Source of the DNA: an uncultured Planctomycetota bacterium
GTDB taxonomy: Bacteria > Planctomycetota > Planctomycetia > Pirellulales > Lacipirellulaceae
Direction: 5' to 3'
Length of the DNA: 64,000 bases
Assembly (NCBI GenBank): GCA_963719315.1
Contig: CAVRBU010000003.1
Coordinates: 192,001-256,000 of the forward strand
Under the pieces are notes generated by a model. It searched no databases. It saw only the letters and a program-made list of their open reading frames with translations, and had not been told where the DNA came from. Shown here piece after piece: positions 52,399 to 62,130 of the stretch (its first letter is position 1; every line of letters starts with the position of its first letter). Both the position numbers and the translations under genes were made by a program.

Positions 52399-52614
52399 GT
52401 AGGTCCCTTCTGCCGGAAGGGACCCTAGTGCTTTGTCACAGCTAAAAATTGGGGTTGGGCGCATCAGCCGCGGGGCGCTAGCCCCCGGTTTGTGCCGCTC
52501 CAACCGGGGGCTAGCGCCCCGCGGCTAATCCCAAAATCAAGCTGTGACAAAGCACTAGCGAATTCGCAATGCCGAAAAAGCAGGTTTAGGTCCCGCTAGG
52601 CAAGCGGGACCTAC
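52399..52614. repeat. GTAG-type REPIN interrupted by the MITE
   Basis: GTAGGTCCCTTCTGCCGGAAGGGACC ... GGTCCCGCTAGGCAAGCGGGACCTAC. Confidence 0.8.
52425..52558 (-). mobile_element. 134-bp MITE-like element, copy 2 (inverted)
   Basis: Reverse complement of 25411-25544 with about one mismatch. Confidence 0.85.
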
Positions 52615-52803
52615 TTTTTGGGCAGTGCTAGCTCATCAAAATTTCATTAAACGCGGATTGCCGCGGATGAGCGAAACGTCCTAAGATGAAATATCCAAGG
52701 CGGGCGGCCGAAGCACTAGGTTGACAGTCATCGTGCATCGGTCGCAGGACCATTCTCAGGAACATGGCGCCCTTCTAGCGCCCGCAGACAGACGGAGCGA
52801 ATC

Positions 52804-53178
52804 GTGGCTATTCATAATGTTGATGGCCTGGAGATGAATGTCGATCGCGGCCCTAATTGGCTGTTCGTGAAGTTGCGATCGAAGGAAGAGGCGGTCCCGG
52901 CCGTGCCGCAAATCGCGGACAAGCTGTGGTCGATTTCATCGCGGCATTTTATTTACCGCCTCGTGTTGGAACTGGAAGATTTGGAAGAAATGCCGAATGG
53001 CATGATGGGCCAGTTGGTGCTGCTGCAGGAGCGGCTAGCGCAATGCGGTGGCGCGCTGCGGATTTGCGGCCTCTCGCCCGAGTGTGAGGAAGCGCTGCAA
53101 AGTTGCCATTTGGACTCGGCGTTGCCGAATCATGCGTCGCGCGAGCAGGCCGTAATGGGCGGCAGCGAGTACGCGTAA
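52804..53178 (+). CDS. STAS-domain (anti-anti-sigma-like) protein
   Basis: RLVLELEDLEEM...GQLVLLQERL...GGALRICGLS pattern. Confidence 0.78.
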   Translation: MAIHNVDGLEMNVDRGPNWLFVKLRSKEEAVPAVPQIADKLWSISSRHFIYRLVLELEDLEEMPNGMMGQLVLLQERLAQCGGALRICGLSPECEEALQSCHLDSALPNHASREQAVMGGSEYA

Positions 53179-53321
53179 TCGGTTGCAAACCGAACGTGGG
53201 GTGGGCTTGGGGTCGAACGAAGTGAGCCCCCAGCGCGCAGAGCTTGCTCCACTTCACTGGGGGCTCGTCCTCCCCGGCGGATTCGACCCCAGGCAGCCTT
53301 TCACTAGATGGCACACATCGT

Positions 53322-54815
53322 TTACTTCGCGCCGTTGAGATACTTCTGGCGAATTTTCTGCAGCGCTTCGAGGGCCGGCTTGGGTTTGTCGGCTGCGTCG
53401 AACAGGCCGCTATGCGGGTAGTGGTGGGGAGCCGCGTCGGAGAGCTGGTTCCAGAGCACGATCTGCACGGCATTCTTGGCGAGCAATAGTGGCACGTGCT
53501 TGTTAATCCAATCGCGTTGCGATTGGGGCGTCACGTCGTTCGCGTCGCCCGCGATCACTCGGACTTTGCCGTTGGCCTGCGGGTCCTCGGCCGCGGAGCT
53601 GGGAATCGTGAGCGCTACCAGCAGCGGCAACTCGAGCAGGCTCCAGGTATCGATCAGGCGGCTGACGGCAAGCGGGCCACGCTGCACGGACCCGCCGGGA
53701 TGGTAGCCGAGGTTGATCTCGAGCCCGATTCCGGAGAGGCCCAAGTCGGCGCGGACCAGCGCGTCGGCAAAGTGGAGCGGCGCGAGATCCAGCTGCTCGC
53801 TGGCCAGGTACTCGGCCCACGGCTGGTCGAAGGTGACCACGAGCGGCGTCGTGGGATCGAGCTGCCGCACGGTGCTGATTGCTTTCGCGGCGACCTGCAG
53901 CCGAGCTTCTTCGTTGAGGCCGAGGGCGTGGCCGCGGGTCATGCGGGCGGCGACTTGCCAGAGATGCACTCTTCCGCGATAGCGCTCCACGACCGCGCGA
54001 ACGTGGTCCAGCATGAACCCGATCAGACTGCTGAAGTCGCCTTCCCAGAGGTAAGTCCAATCGGGTACTCCGCGGTCATCGAGCTCCAGTAGCGGGCCGG
54101 CGGCGATACGGAGGCCGGCGGAGTGGGCCCATTCGACCTGGGCATCGGACTGGGTCCATGTTCGCCGGCCTTCGACCGCTTCGATCGTGCGCCAGTTGAT
54201 CGGCAGCGAGACCATGTTGAATGAATTGACCACGTGCCGGGCGACGTTGGCCTTGGGCCGCTGACCGCCGAGGTTGACGCCGAACCATGAGGCAAACGGT
54301 CGGGGCTGGGCTCGGCGGAGGGCGATGGCTTGCCGCACGTACTCTTCGGTGAGCTCGTGCATGGCGCCGACGGTCGTGGCCAGCGACCGCTCGGCCCACT
54401 CGGCAGCGGCGGGCACGTCGTTTTGCAGCGTCGCCGCGCGGGAGAATTGGACCGTGGCTTCCAACACTTTCGCCCGGAGCTGTTCGGGCAACTGCAGGCC
54501 CAACATTTCCCACTGCGCGATCTGGTTGCGCAGGTTGTTGGTCATGCCGCGGGCGAGCTCGACCTCCAGCACGTACGGCCGGTCGCGTTCCATCAGCGTC
54601 GAGGTGCCGATGAGCACGGGGCTCGATTTATCGATCTGCCAGGGGACGAAAACGCGGCCGGAGTCGTCTTCGTTGCGTTCGATGATGAGTTGCTCGCCGC
54701 TGAAGTACGCGCGGCCGAACCAGGGGAGATCGTCCTGGCCGCAGATGTGAACGTGGTCGAGCCCGCCCGGCGGAATCCGTTCGCGATCGTGGACGATAAG
54801 TCGCATCAAGCCCAT
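53322..54815 (-). CDS. GH10-like TIM-barrel protein, catalytic residues apparently absent
   Basis: W..IE..EG, VVERYRG..HLWQV, GLFD...PKPAL. Confidence 0.72.
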   Translation of the reverse strand: MGLMRLIVHDRERIPPGGLDHVHICGQDDLPWFGRAYFSGEQLIIERNEDDSGRVFVPWQIDKSSPVLIGTSTLMERDRPYVLEVELARGMTNNLRNQIAQWEMLGLQLPEQLRAKVLEATVQFSRAATLQNDVPAAAEWAERSLATTVGAMHELTEEYVRQAIALRRAQPRPFASWFGVNLGGQRPKANVARHVVNSFNMVSLPINWRTIEAVEGRRTWTQSDAQVEWAHSAGLRIAAGPLLELDDRGVPDWTYLWEGDFSSLIGFMLDHVRAVVERYRGRVHLWQVAARMTRGHALGLNEEARLQVAAKAISTVRQLDPTTPLVVTFDQPWAEYLASEQLDLAPLHFADALVRADLGLSGIGLEINLGYHPGGSVQRGPLAVSRLIDTWSLLELPLLVALTIPSSAAEDPQANGKVRVIAGDANDVTPQSQRDWINKHVPLLLAKNAVQIVLWNQLSDAAPHHYPHSGLFDAADKPKPALEALQKIRQKYLNGAK

Positions 54816-55034
54816 GGCGGGGCGAGCCTCAACACGTTCGGCAGAGTAGAGCGGCAAACGAGAACACCGGCGATCGTTCCGAGCGGCGCCGGAGGAGACC
54901 GGCCGCGACCACGGCACCGCGGCAATACCGCGGGCCGCGGTGCCCGGCGGCGAACTTTTGATTTTACCCGCGATAAGCGGCTTCAACAACCTTAGCGGAC
55001 GCGGGGCGGTGTTCTAAATTGCGGCACAACAACC

Positions 55035-55089
55035 TTGTAGCACGGACTTCAGTCCGTGATTCTTGTACGGACTGAAGTCCGTGCTACAA
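55035..55089. repeat. GTAG-type REP doublet with perfect 23-bp arms; a second family at 55179-55236
   Basis: TTGTAGCACGGACTTCAGTCCGT ... ACGGACTGAAGTCCGTGCTACAA. Confidence 0.85.
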
Positions 55090-55266
55090 AGTTTCGGTCC
55101 GAAAGGTTCAAAATTAGGACACTACCGGACGCGGGGGCGGGGGCGGTATACTCGCACGTAGCGCGAAATGGTTTCGCCGTAGCTGGATTCACAAGAATTC
55201 AGCTTTCAAGTTCTGAATTCTTGCGAATTCAGCGACACGATCAAGCACGCAGGACTGGAATCCGCC

Positions 55267-56160
55267 ATGCCTTCAACTGTTACCTCCACCTCATTGGCCG
55301 AACTGCCGGTGCGCCGCGGCAAAGTTCGCGATATTTACGATCTCGGCGACACGCTGTTGTTGGTGAGCACCGATCGAATCAGTGCGTTCGATTGGGTATT
55401 GCCGAGCGGGATTCCGGATAAGGGCCGCGTGCTGACGCAGCTCAGCCGGTTCTGGTTCGAGCACTTCAAGGACTTGCCGAACCACATGCTTTCTTGCGAG
55501 GTGGACGATTTCGATTTGCCGGTGGGGGTAGACCGGGAGCCGCTCGAGGGTCGGTCCATGCTGGTCCGCAAGACGAGCGTGGTGCCGATCGAATGTGTCG
55601 TGCGGGGCTACTTGTCCGGCTCCGGCTGGAGCGAGTATCAAAAGAACGGCTCGGTGTGCGGCATCGAGTTGCCGACCGGACTCAAGGAAAGCGATAAGCT
55701 GCCGGGCGCGATATTCACGCCGGCCACGAAGGCCGAGCAAGGCCTGCACGACGAAAACATCTCCTATGACGAGATGTGCGCCCACGTCGGAGCCGATTTG
55801 GCGAAACAGTTGTCGCAACGAAGCATCGAGTTGTACACGCGCGGCGCGGAGTACGCCGCCGGGCGCGGCATCATTATCGCCGATACGAAGTTCGAATTCG
55901 GTCTGGTGGATGACGAGTTGATTCTAATCGACGAGGTGCTGACGCCCGATAGCTCGCGATTCTGGCCGGCAGATAAGTATCAGCCGGGCCGGGGGCAGCC
56001 GTCGTTTGACAAGCAGTTCGTGCGCGATTGGCTGACGCAGAGCGGCTGGGACAAGAACAGCAAGCCCCCGGAGCTGCCACAAGACGTGGTGACAAAGACG
56101 CGGGCGAAGTATATCGAGGCGTTTGAGCAGTTGACGGGCGAGGGATTTGGGTGGAAGTAG
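55267..56160 (+). CDS. purC: SAICAR synthase
   Basis: [47 protein letters not shown]. Confidence 0.97.
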   Translation: MPSTVTSTSLAELPVRRGKVRDIYDLGDTLLLVSTDRISAFDWVLPSGIPDKGRVLTQLSRFWFEHFKDLPNHMLSCEVDDFDLPVGVDREPLEGRSMLVRKTSVVPIECVVRGYLSGSGWSEYQKNGSVCGIELPTGLKESDKLPGAIFTPATKAEQGLHDENISYDEMCAHVGADLAKQLSQRSIELYTRGAEYAAGRGIIIADTKFEFGLVDDELILIDEVLTPDSSRFWPADKYQPGRGQPSFDKQFVRDWLTQSGWDKNSKPPELPQDVVTKTRAKYIEAFEQLTGEGFGWK

Positions 56161-56169
56161 ACTGACCCT

Positions 56170-56370
56170 CTGAACGATCCCATCGTGGAAGAAGTTCGGC
56201 ACTGGCGAATACAGCACACTTGCAAGTTCGGCGGCAACTTGACGCTGATCTGCGAAGACTTGCGGCGCGTTCCACGCGACTGTCCTTGTCCGATCCTTCG
56301 CCAGCCGCCGAAGTTACTTGCGGCTGGTGGTGAAGTCAGAGCAGAAATTCGGGATGCGCAGCGGGGATGA
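56170..56370 (+). pseudogene. Possible relic of a small DPIVEEVR-type protein
   Basis: In-frame (L)NDPIVEEVRHWR..H..KFGGNL..I.EDLRR with CTG where ATG would be expected. Confidence 0.45.
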
Positions 56371-56561
56371 GGGCATCGCAGTCCAATAATTTTTTCCCCG
56401 TTTTCGTCCGGGTTCCGATCTCAGGGGATATGGGATTGAGCGAGAGTCCAGGATTTCGAGCGATACCGGGTAGTAGGCGAACTGGCTCGCTGAACCGGAC
56501 CCGGAGAATCTCCGTGGAGATGGCCTCCGCACCCGATGCGATTGTTGACTAGAATAGGAAT

Positions 56562-56900
56562 ATGGAACGCACGTTGATTCAACATATCGAAGTCCGCAAA
56601 AACCAGGCCGGCCAGGACCGGGCATATATCGCCGGTACTCGCATTCGTGTACAGGATATTTACGTCGACTCAGAAGTACTAGGCAAACCGCCTGAAGCAA
56701 TTGTGGCGGCGTTGCCCCACCTTACCTTGGCCCAGGTTCATGCGGCGCTGGCATATTACTTCGATCATCGCGAGGAGATTCTGGACGAGTTGCGTCAAGA
56801 CGAACAATTCGTAGCTGTCATGAAGGAGCAAACTGGCCCTGGACCGCTGGAAATGAAATTACGCGATTCGGGCGTCGGTGATGCGATTTCATCTGGATGA
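56562..56900 (+). CDS. DUF433 antitoxin (VapB45-like)
   Basis: IAGTRIRVQDI, PHLTLAQVHAALAYY. Confidence 0.9.
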   Translation: MERTLIQHIEVRKNQAGQDRAYIAGTRIRVQDIYVDSEVLGKPPEAIVAALPHLTLAQVHAALAYYFDHREEILDELRQDEQFVAVMKEQTGPGPLEMKLRDSGVGDAISSG

Positions 56901-57204
56901 ACATGTTGATCCTGCCATTGCCCACGGCTTGCGTCTGCGCGGAATTGATGTGACTACAACGAACGATGCAAACCTCTTGAGCGCTCCCGACGAATTACAT
57001 TTGGAGTTTTCCCGGCGAGAGGGAAGAGTAATCTTCACGAACGACGCGGACTTTTTGCGTTTCGCATCTGCCGGCATCGAGCACACTGGCATTGCGTACT
57101 GCTCTCGTATGGCACGGTCGATCGGGCACATCGTGCGTCATTTGTGCCTCATGCACGATTGTCTCGAAGCAGGCCAAATGAGCGGCAAAGTGGAGTATCT
57201 TTAG
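56881..57204 (+). CDS. DUF5615 PIN-like toxin (VapC45-like)
   Basis: MRFHLDEHV, LRLRGIDV, RVIFTNDADF, HTGI; overlaps the DUF433 gene. Confidence 0.9.
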   Translation: MRFHLDEHVDPAIAHGLRLRGIDVTTTNDANLLSAPDELHLEFSRREGRVIFTNDADFLRFASAGIEHTGIAYCSRMARSIGHIVRHLCLMHDCLEAGQMSGKVEYL

Positions 57205-57297
57205 ACTTTTACGGCACCATAAAAAGACGTTTTGAAGTGATACGCAGGCAACACGGTTCCGGCCAAGCCAGTGATTGCAATATCGGCCTCATGACAT

Positions 57298-58437
57298 ATG
57301 CTCCGCTACCTAACCGCCGGTGAATCGCACGGCAAAACTCTGATTGCGCTCGTGGACGGGTTTCCGGCCGGCGTGGCCGTGGACTTGGAGCCGATCAACG
57401 TCGAGTTGCGGCGGCGGCAGGGTGGGTATGGCCGCGGCGGGCGGCAGCGGATTGAGACCGATGCGGTCAACGTTCTCAGCGGTGTGTGGAAAGGTGTGAC
57501 GCTCGGCAGCCCGGTCGCCCTGGAAGTGCCGAACCGCGACAGCAAATTGGATCGGCTCGATGACCTTCCGCGGCCACGACCGGGGCATGCCGATCTGACG
57601 GGGGCGATCAAGTATCTGGGGTCGATCCGCGGCGTGTTGGAGCGGGCGTCGGCCCGCGAAACGGCGGTGCGGGTGGCGGCCGGCGCCCTAGCCAAGCAAT
57701 TGCTGGCCGAGTTTGGCATCACGGCGTTTGGATACGTGGTCGAACTGGGCGGCGAGCGGATTGAGGCAGTCGATGCGCCGCTCGATCGGCTGCGGTCTAT
57801 CCGCGATCAGAGCGCGATCTACGGGCTCAACATGGCCCGCGACGATGCAATCAAACAGTTGATCGACGCGGCCGCCAAAGACGGCGACACGCTGGGCGGC
57901 GTTGTCGAAGTGCGCGTGGACGGCCTGCCGTTCGGGTTGGGAACGCACGCGCAGTGGGATCGCAAGCTGGATGGGCGGCTCGCGCAAGCCGTGATGAGCG
58001 TGCAGGCGATCAAGGGCGTGGAAATCGGCTTAGGATTCGAAGCGGCTCGGCGGCGCGGGTCGCAGGTGCACGATCCGATTCAATACGATGCAATGCACCG
58101 CAACGACCCCGCCCTCGGCTTCGTGCGGCCGACAAACAATGCCGGCGGAATCGAAGGAGGCATGACGAACGGGCAACCGCTGATTTTGCGGGCGGCGAAA
58201 AAGCCGATCAGCACGCTCGCTCGGCCGCTGGAGTCGATCAATCTGGATACCAAGGAGCGGCAGGAAGCGAGCTACGAACGGAGCGACATTTGCGCCGTGC
58301 CGGCGGCCAGCGTGATCGTCGAGAACGTCGTAGCGTTTGAGGTTGCGGCGGCGCTGGTCGATAAGTTCGGCGGCGATAACGTGCCGGAGATGAAGGCGCG
58401 GTATGAGTTGTTTTTGAAGATGGCGCGGGAGAAGTAA
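57298..58437 (+). CDS. aroC: Chorismate synthase
   Basis: TAGESHG, RRQGGYGRGGR, PRPGHAD, ERASARETA, NNAGGIEGG, ERSD. Confidence 0.97.
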   Translation: MLRYLTAGESHGKTLIALVDGFPAGVAVDLEPINVELRRRQGGYGRGGRQRIETDAVNVLSGVWKGVTLGSPVALEVPNRDSKLDRLDDLPRPRPGHADLTGAIKYLGSIRGVLERASARETAVRVAAGALAKQLLAEFGITAFGYVVELGGERIEAVDAPLDRLRSIRDQSAIYGLNMARDDAIKQLIDAAAKDGDTLGGVVEVRVDGLPFGLGTHAQWDRKLDGRLAQAVMSVQAIKGVEIGLGFEAARRRGSQVHDPIQYDAMHRNDPALGFVRPTNNAGGIEGGMTNGQPLILRAAKKPISTLARPLESINLDTKERQEASYERSDICAVPAASVIVENVVAFEVAAALVDKFGGDNVPEMKARYELFLKMAREK

Positions 58438-58533
58438 GAACAAGACAAGGAGACAAGGAGAGGGGGAGACAAGGAGATTCGAATCTTAATCGTTTCCTAT
58501 GAATGTCTTTGTCTGTTTGTCTGATTCAGCACG

Positions 58534-59424
58534 CTACTTCGCGCCAATGGCGATCGTGCCGTCGGTAGCAACGGTGGATTTATCGCTGTGGCGGCGGCGG
58601 AGTTTGCGGCCGAGTTCTTGCTGCACTCGATTCAAGAGGAATTTCGTCGGGATCTCGCTCGCCAGCGCGTCGATGTTGGCCAGCATTTCGGCAGCTTCTT
58701 GAAATTCGCCCTCTTCGAAGTGGCGAAGCGCTCGATCGTAGGTTGTCCAGTCGAGCGTCCGTGGTGCGTCGCCGGTGGACTCACCGACGGCGAACAGGCC
58801 GACCGGTTTTTGGAGTCCGGGCATTCGGGCGCGGCACACGCGGTGGGCGGCGAGCGTAGCAGGCAGCCGCTCTGCGGTCGCTTGCGTGGCGACCAGCGGC
58901 ACGCACAACTCCTTGCTCGCGGCTTCGACGCGGCTGGCCAGATGCACGTTCGGGCCGCGAGCGCCATATTTCACGCGCTGCGTACTGCCCGCGTTGCCGA
59001 CCTGCACGGTTCCCGTATGGATGCCAATGCCGAGCCGCAGTTCGGTTTGAATGACGCGAAACCATTCGGCGGCGACATCGGGCAGCGTGGCCAGCATGTG
59101 CAACCCAGAGCGGCAGGCGAGTTCCGCGTGCTGGGCCTGTTCGGTCGGCGCGTTCCACATCGCCATGAGGCCATCGCCGAAATAATCGATGACGAAACCA
59201 TCGTGTGCGACGACGGCTTCGGTCAGGCAATCCATCACGTGCGACAGCAGCTCGCAGAACAGCGGGTCCATTTCGAGCGTCGTGGCGAGCTCCGTAAAAC
59301 CACGCAGGTCGGCAAACAGGAGCGTCGCTTCGCGTTGCTCTTCGCGAATTGGATGGTGCGGAACCTGACGGTGCATGCGGCGGCTCGGTCTGGTTTGGCG
59401 GCAGTCTTTATCTCTATTCAACAC
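58534..59424 (-). CDS. Stand-alone class III nucleotide cyclase with C-terminal TPR-like helices; start 59424 or 59376
   Basis: LFADLRGFT, IDYFGDGLMAMW, GIGIHTG..VGN.GS, LASRVE. Confidence 0.9.
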   Translation of the reverse strand: MLNRDKDCRQTRPSRRMHRQVPHHPIREEQREATLLFADLRGFTELATTLEMDPLFCELLSHVMDCLTEAVVAHDGFVIDYFGDGLMAMWNAPTEQAQHAELACRSGLHMLATLPDVAAEWFRVIQTELRLGIGIHTGTVQVGNAGSTQRVKYGARGPNVHLASRVEAASKELCVPLVATQATAERLPATLAAHRVCRARMPGLQKPVGLFAVGESTGDAPRTLDWTTYDRALRHFEEGEFQEAAEMLANIDALASEIPTKFLLNRVQQELGRKLRRRHSDKSTVATDGTIAIGAK

Positions 59425-59644
59425 AATAGGTTACGTGCCGTGCGCCATCGTTCGGCGAGGGACCGTACAACGACTCGCGCCGGGGTTGAAACGCCGGCTC
59501 GATAGCTACGCGCGCGTTAACCGGCACAATCGGCCGCCGGGCAACGGTGCTAGCAGCAATGTTATGGACATCGCGGGGCGATTTCGGAATAATCCGCGGC
59601 CGCATTTTTTCTCCGTCCGATCGTGCGTTCCGCTCGCTGCCAGC

Positions 59645-60904
59645 ATGAGTATTTCTTTGCCAACCATCGGACTCGTCATCGGCTGGCTGCTCGTCGGCTG
59701 GGTGGGAGTGCAAGCGGTGTTTGTTGCGGCGAAGCATGTGCTCCGCCGCACTCGCCGGAAGCAAAGATACAACGCTGAGCGGGCGGACTTTTGCCGGCGC
59801 ATCGAGACGGCGGCGCGGGCTGCCCGGGCGTCAAAGGCGATTGCCGATTGGAGCGGCTGGCGGCCGTTTCGCGTGGCCGCGATTGTCGATGAGGCACAGG
59901 ACGTAAAATCGTTCTACTTCACACCCGAGGACGGCCGGCCGCTGGCGCCATTCGCACCGGGCCAATATCTGACGTTTCGCTTGCCGGTCGCGGAGAGCGA
60001 AGCGCCGCTCGTGCGGTGCTACTCGCTCTCGGACCGGCCGCGGCAGGATTTCTATCGGGCGACCATCAAGCGCATCGCGGCGAGGCCGGAGCGGCCCGAT
60101 CTGCCGCCCGGCCGTGGCAGCAATTACTTTCACGACAGCGTGCAAGTGGGCGACGTGTTGGATGTGCGGGCGCCGGCCGGCACGTTCTTGATCGATCCGC
60201 TGGCCACCGAGCCGATCGTGCTGATCGGGGCCGGCATCGGCGTGACACCACTCGTGAGCATGTTGGAAGCGATCGTGCAAACGGGCCGGAAACGCGAAGT
60301 TCATGCGCTGTTCGGCTTTCGCCAGGGCGGCGAACATCCGTTCAAGGAGCGGCTGGCGGCGATATGCGAGGAACATCCGCACATTCGTTTGCACCTGAGC
60401 TACTCGGCGCCGTCGAAAACGGACGTTCCGTACCGCGACTTCAACCATCGCGGGCGAGTGACGCTCCAGCGGGTGCGCGAGGTGCTGCCGTCGAACAATT
60501 ACAGGTTCTACGTGTGCGGCCCCGGCGCCATGATGGAATCGCTCGTGCCCGCGCTGTGGGACTGGGGCGTGCCCGAGTCGCACGTGCACTTCGAAGCGTT
60601 CGGGCCGGCGAGTGTGCGAAGCGCAAGTCACGCGCGCGAGAAGATTCAACAGTGCGAAGTACGGTTCGACCGCAGCGGGCGCACGGCGATGTGGGACGGA
60701 TCGCTCACGTCACTTTTAGAATTCGGCGAGGCAGCGGGGGTGACGATGCCCTCCGGTTGTCGGGCCGGCAGTTGCGGCGAGTGCCTGACGGCAATTCGTA
60801 GCGGAACGGTCGCAACCGTCAAACAGCCCGGCATTCCAGTGCTTACGGGACACTGCTTGACGTGCATTAGCGTGCCGGCGGGCGAACTTGTCCTCGATGC
60901 TTAA
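59645..60904 (+). CDS. Membrane-anchored FAD/NAD(P)-binding oxidoreductase with C-terminal 2Fe-2S ferredoxin
   Basis: N-terminal TM, PGQYL, RCYSLS, GAGIGVTP, YVCGP, HFEAF, CRAGSCGEC...C. Confidence 0.92.
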   Translation: MSISLPTIGLVIGWLLVGWVGVQAVFVAAKHVLRRTRRKQRYNAERADFCRRIETAARAARASKAIADWSGWRPFRVAAIVDEAQDVKSFYFTPEDGRPLAPFAPGQYLTFRLPVAESEAPLVRCYSLSDRPRQDFYRATIKRIAARPERPDLPPGRGSNYFHDSVQVGDVLDVRAPAGTFLIDPLATEPIVLIGAGIGVTPLVSMLEAIVQTGRKREVHALFGFRQGGEHPFKERLAAICEEHPHIRLHLSYSAPSKTDVPYRDFNHRGRVTLQRVREVLPSNNYRFYVCGPGAMMESLVPALWDWGVPESHVHFEAFGPASVRSASHAREKIQQCEVRFDRSGRTAMWDGSLTSLLEFGEAAGVTMPSGCRAGSCGECLTAIRSGTVATVKQPGIPVLTGHCLTCISVPAGELVLDA

Positions 60905-60945
60905 AGTGGTTTTCGCACGCTAAGGCGCAAAGGATTACAAGGAAT

Positions 60946-62034
60946 ATGCAGTGCGTGGCGTTAAAGCGAGATTCGGTCAAGAAATTGCGCAGATCGCTTT
61001 GCGTCTTTGTGCCTTTGCGTAAGGCATGGTTTGGCTACGTTGTGGTTTTGGTGGTTTGCATGTGCGGACATCGTGCAACGGCGGAAGAGGCGAAAGTTGG
61101 CTCCGCGGCGGCGGATGCGGCCAAGATCGTGGGGCCGGATCAATGTGCGAAATGTCATCAGCCGGAAGTGCAGCAGTGGATGCGGACGCCACATTTTGCG
61201 ACGTTCGATTCGCTGCATCGCCAACCGCGGGCAAAAGAGATTGCCGATAAGCTAGGCTTGCAGTCGATCAAGCGGAGCGATGTGTGCACGCAATGCCATT
61301 ACACACTGCAGAATCAGGAAGGGAGAGACCGCGTCGTGGCGGGCGTGTCGTGCGAATCGTGCCATGGCGGGGCGCTGGGTTGGCTGACGCTCCATTCGGA
61401 TTACGGCGGGGCTGGCATCACGCGGGCGACTGAGTCGGCCGAGCATCGAGCGAAGCGCGTCAAGGACAGCGTTGCTCAAGGGATGAACAATCCGCACAAC
61501 ATCTATCTGATCGCCAAGCAGTGCTACGATTGTCACACGGTGCCGAATGAGAAGTTGGTGAACGTCGGTGGCCACATCGCGGGCAGCCAGGATTTCGAGC
61601 TCGTCGCCTGGTCGCAGGGCATGGTGCGGCACAACTTCGTGCGAACCGGCGGCGCGACGAATGCCACGCTCAGTCCGGAAGACTTGCGGGTAATGTACGT
61701 CGTGGGCGTGATGACGGACCTCGAATACAGCCTGCGGGCGGTCGCGGCCGCGACCGACAAAGCAACGTTTGGCGTGACGAGCGCACAACGGGCCGCGCGG
61801 ATGAAGAAGCGGCTGCACAAGATTCAGGCGCTCGTGAATGAGCCCTTGATAAAGCCAGCGCTTGACGCAGTCGCGACCGTCGAGTTGCGACTCGGCAACA
61901 ACGAGGCGATCGTCGCCGCGGCGGATGCCATTAGCGCGGCAGCGTACGACTTCGCCGAGCAGGCGGATGGGAAAAAGCTGGCGGCGATTGATGCGATGCT
62001 GCCGACGCCGAACCAATACAAAAATGGAATGTGA
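60946..62034 (+). CDS. Tetraheme cytochrome c (c554-like); start uncertain
   Basis: CAKCH, CTQCH, CESCH, CYDCH and a signal-like N-terminus. Confidence 0.9.
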   Translation: MQCVALKRDSVKKLRRSLCVFVPLRKAWFGYVVVLVVCMCGHRATAEEAKVGSAAADAAKIVGPDQCAKCHQPEVQQWMRTPHFATFDSLHRQPRAKEIADKLGLQSIKRSDVCTQCHYTLQNQEGRDRVVAGVSCESCHGGALGWLTLHSDYGGAGITRATESAEHRAKRVKDSVAQGMNNPHNIYLIAKQCYDCHTVPNEKLVNVGGHIAGSQDFELVAWSQGMVRHNFVRTGGATNATLSPEDLRVMYVVGVMTDLEYSLRAVAAATDKATFGVTSAQRAARMKKRLHKIQALVNEPLIKPALDAVATVELRLGNNEAIVAAADAISAAAYDFAEQADGKKLAAIDAMLPTPNQYKNGM

Positions 62035-62130
62035 GAAAAGGATTCAGGATGCGGGATGCAGGGGGCAGGGTTCCAACTAGCGTGTCTAGCCCTGCCTGTT
62101 GCATCCTGCATCCTCAATCCTCACACTACT

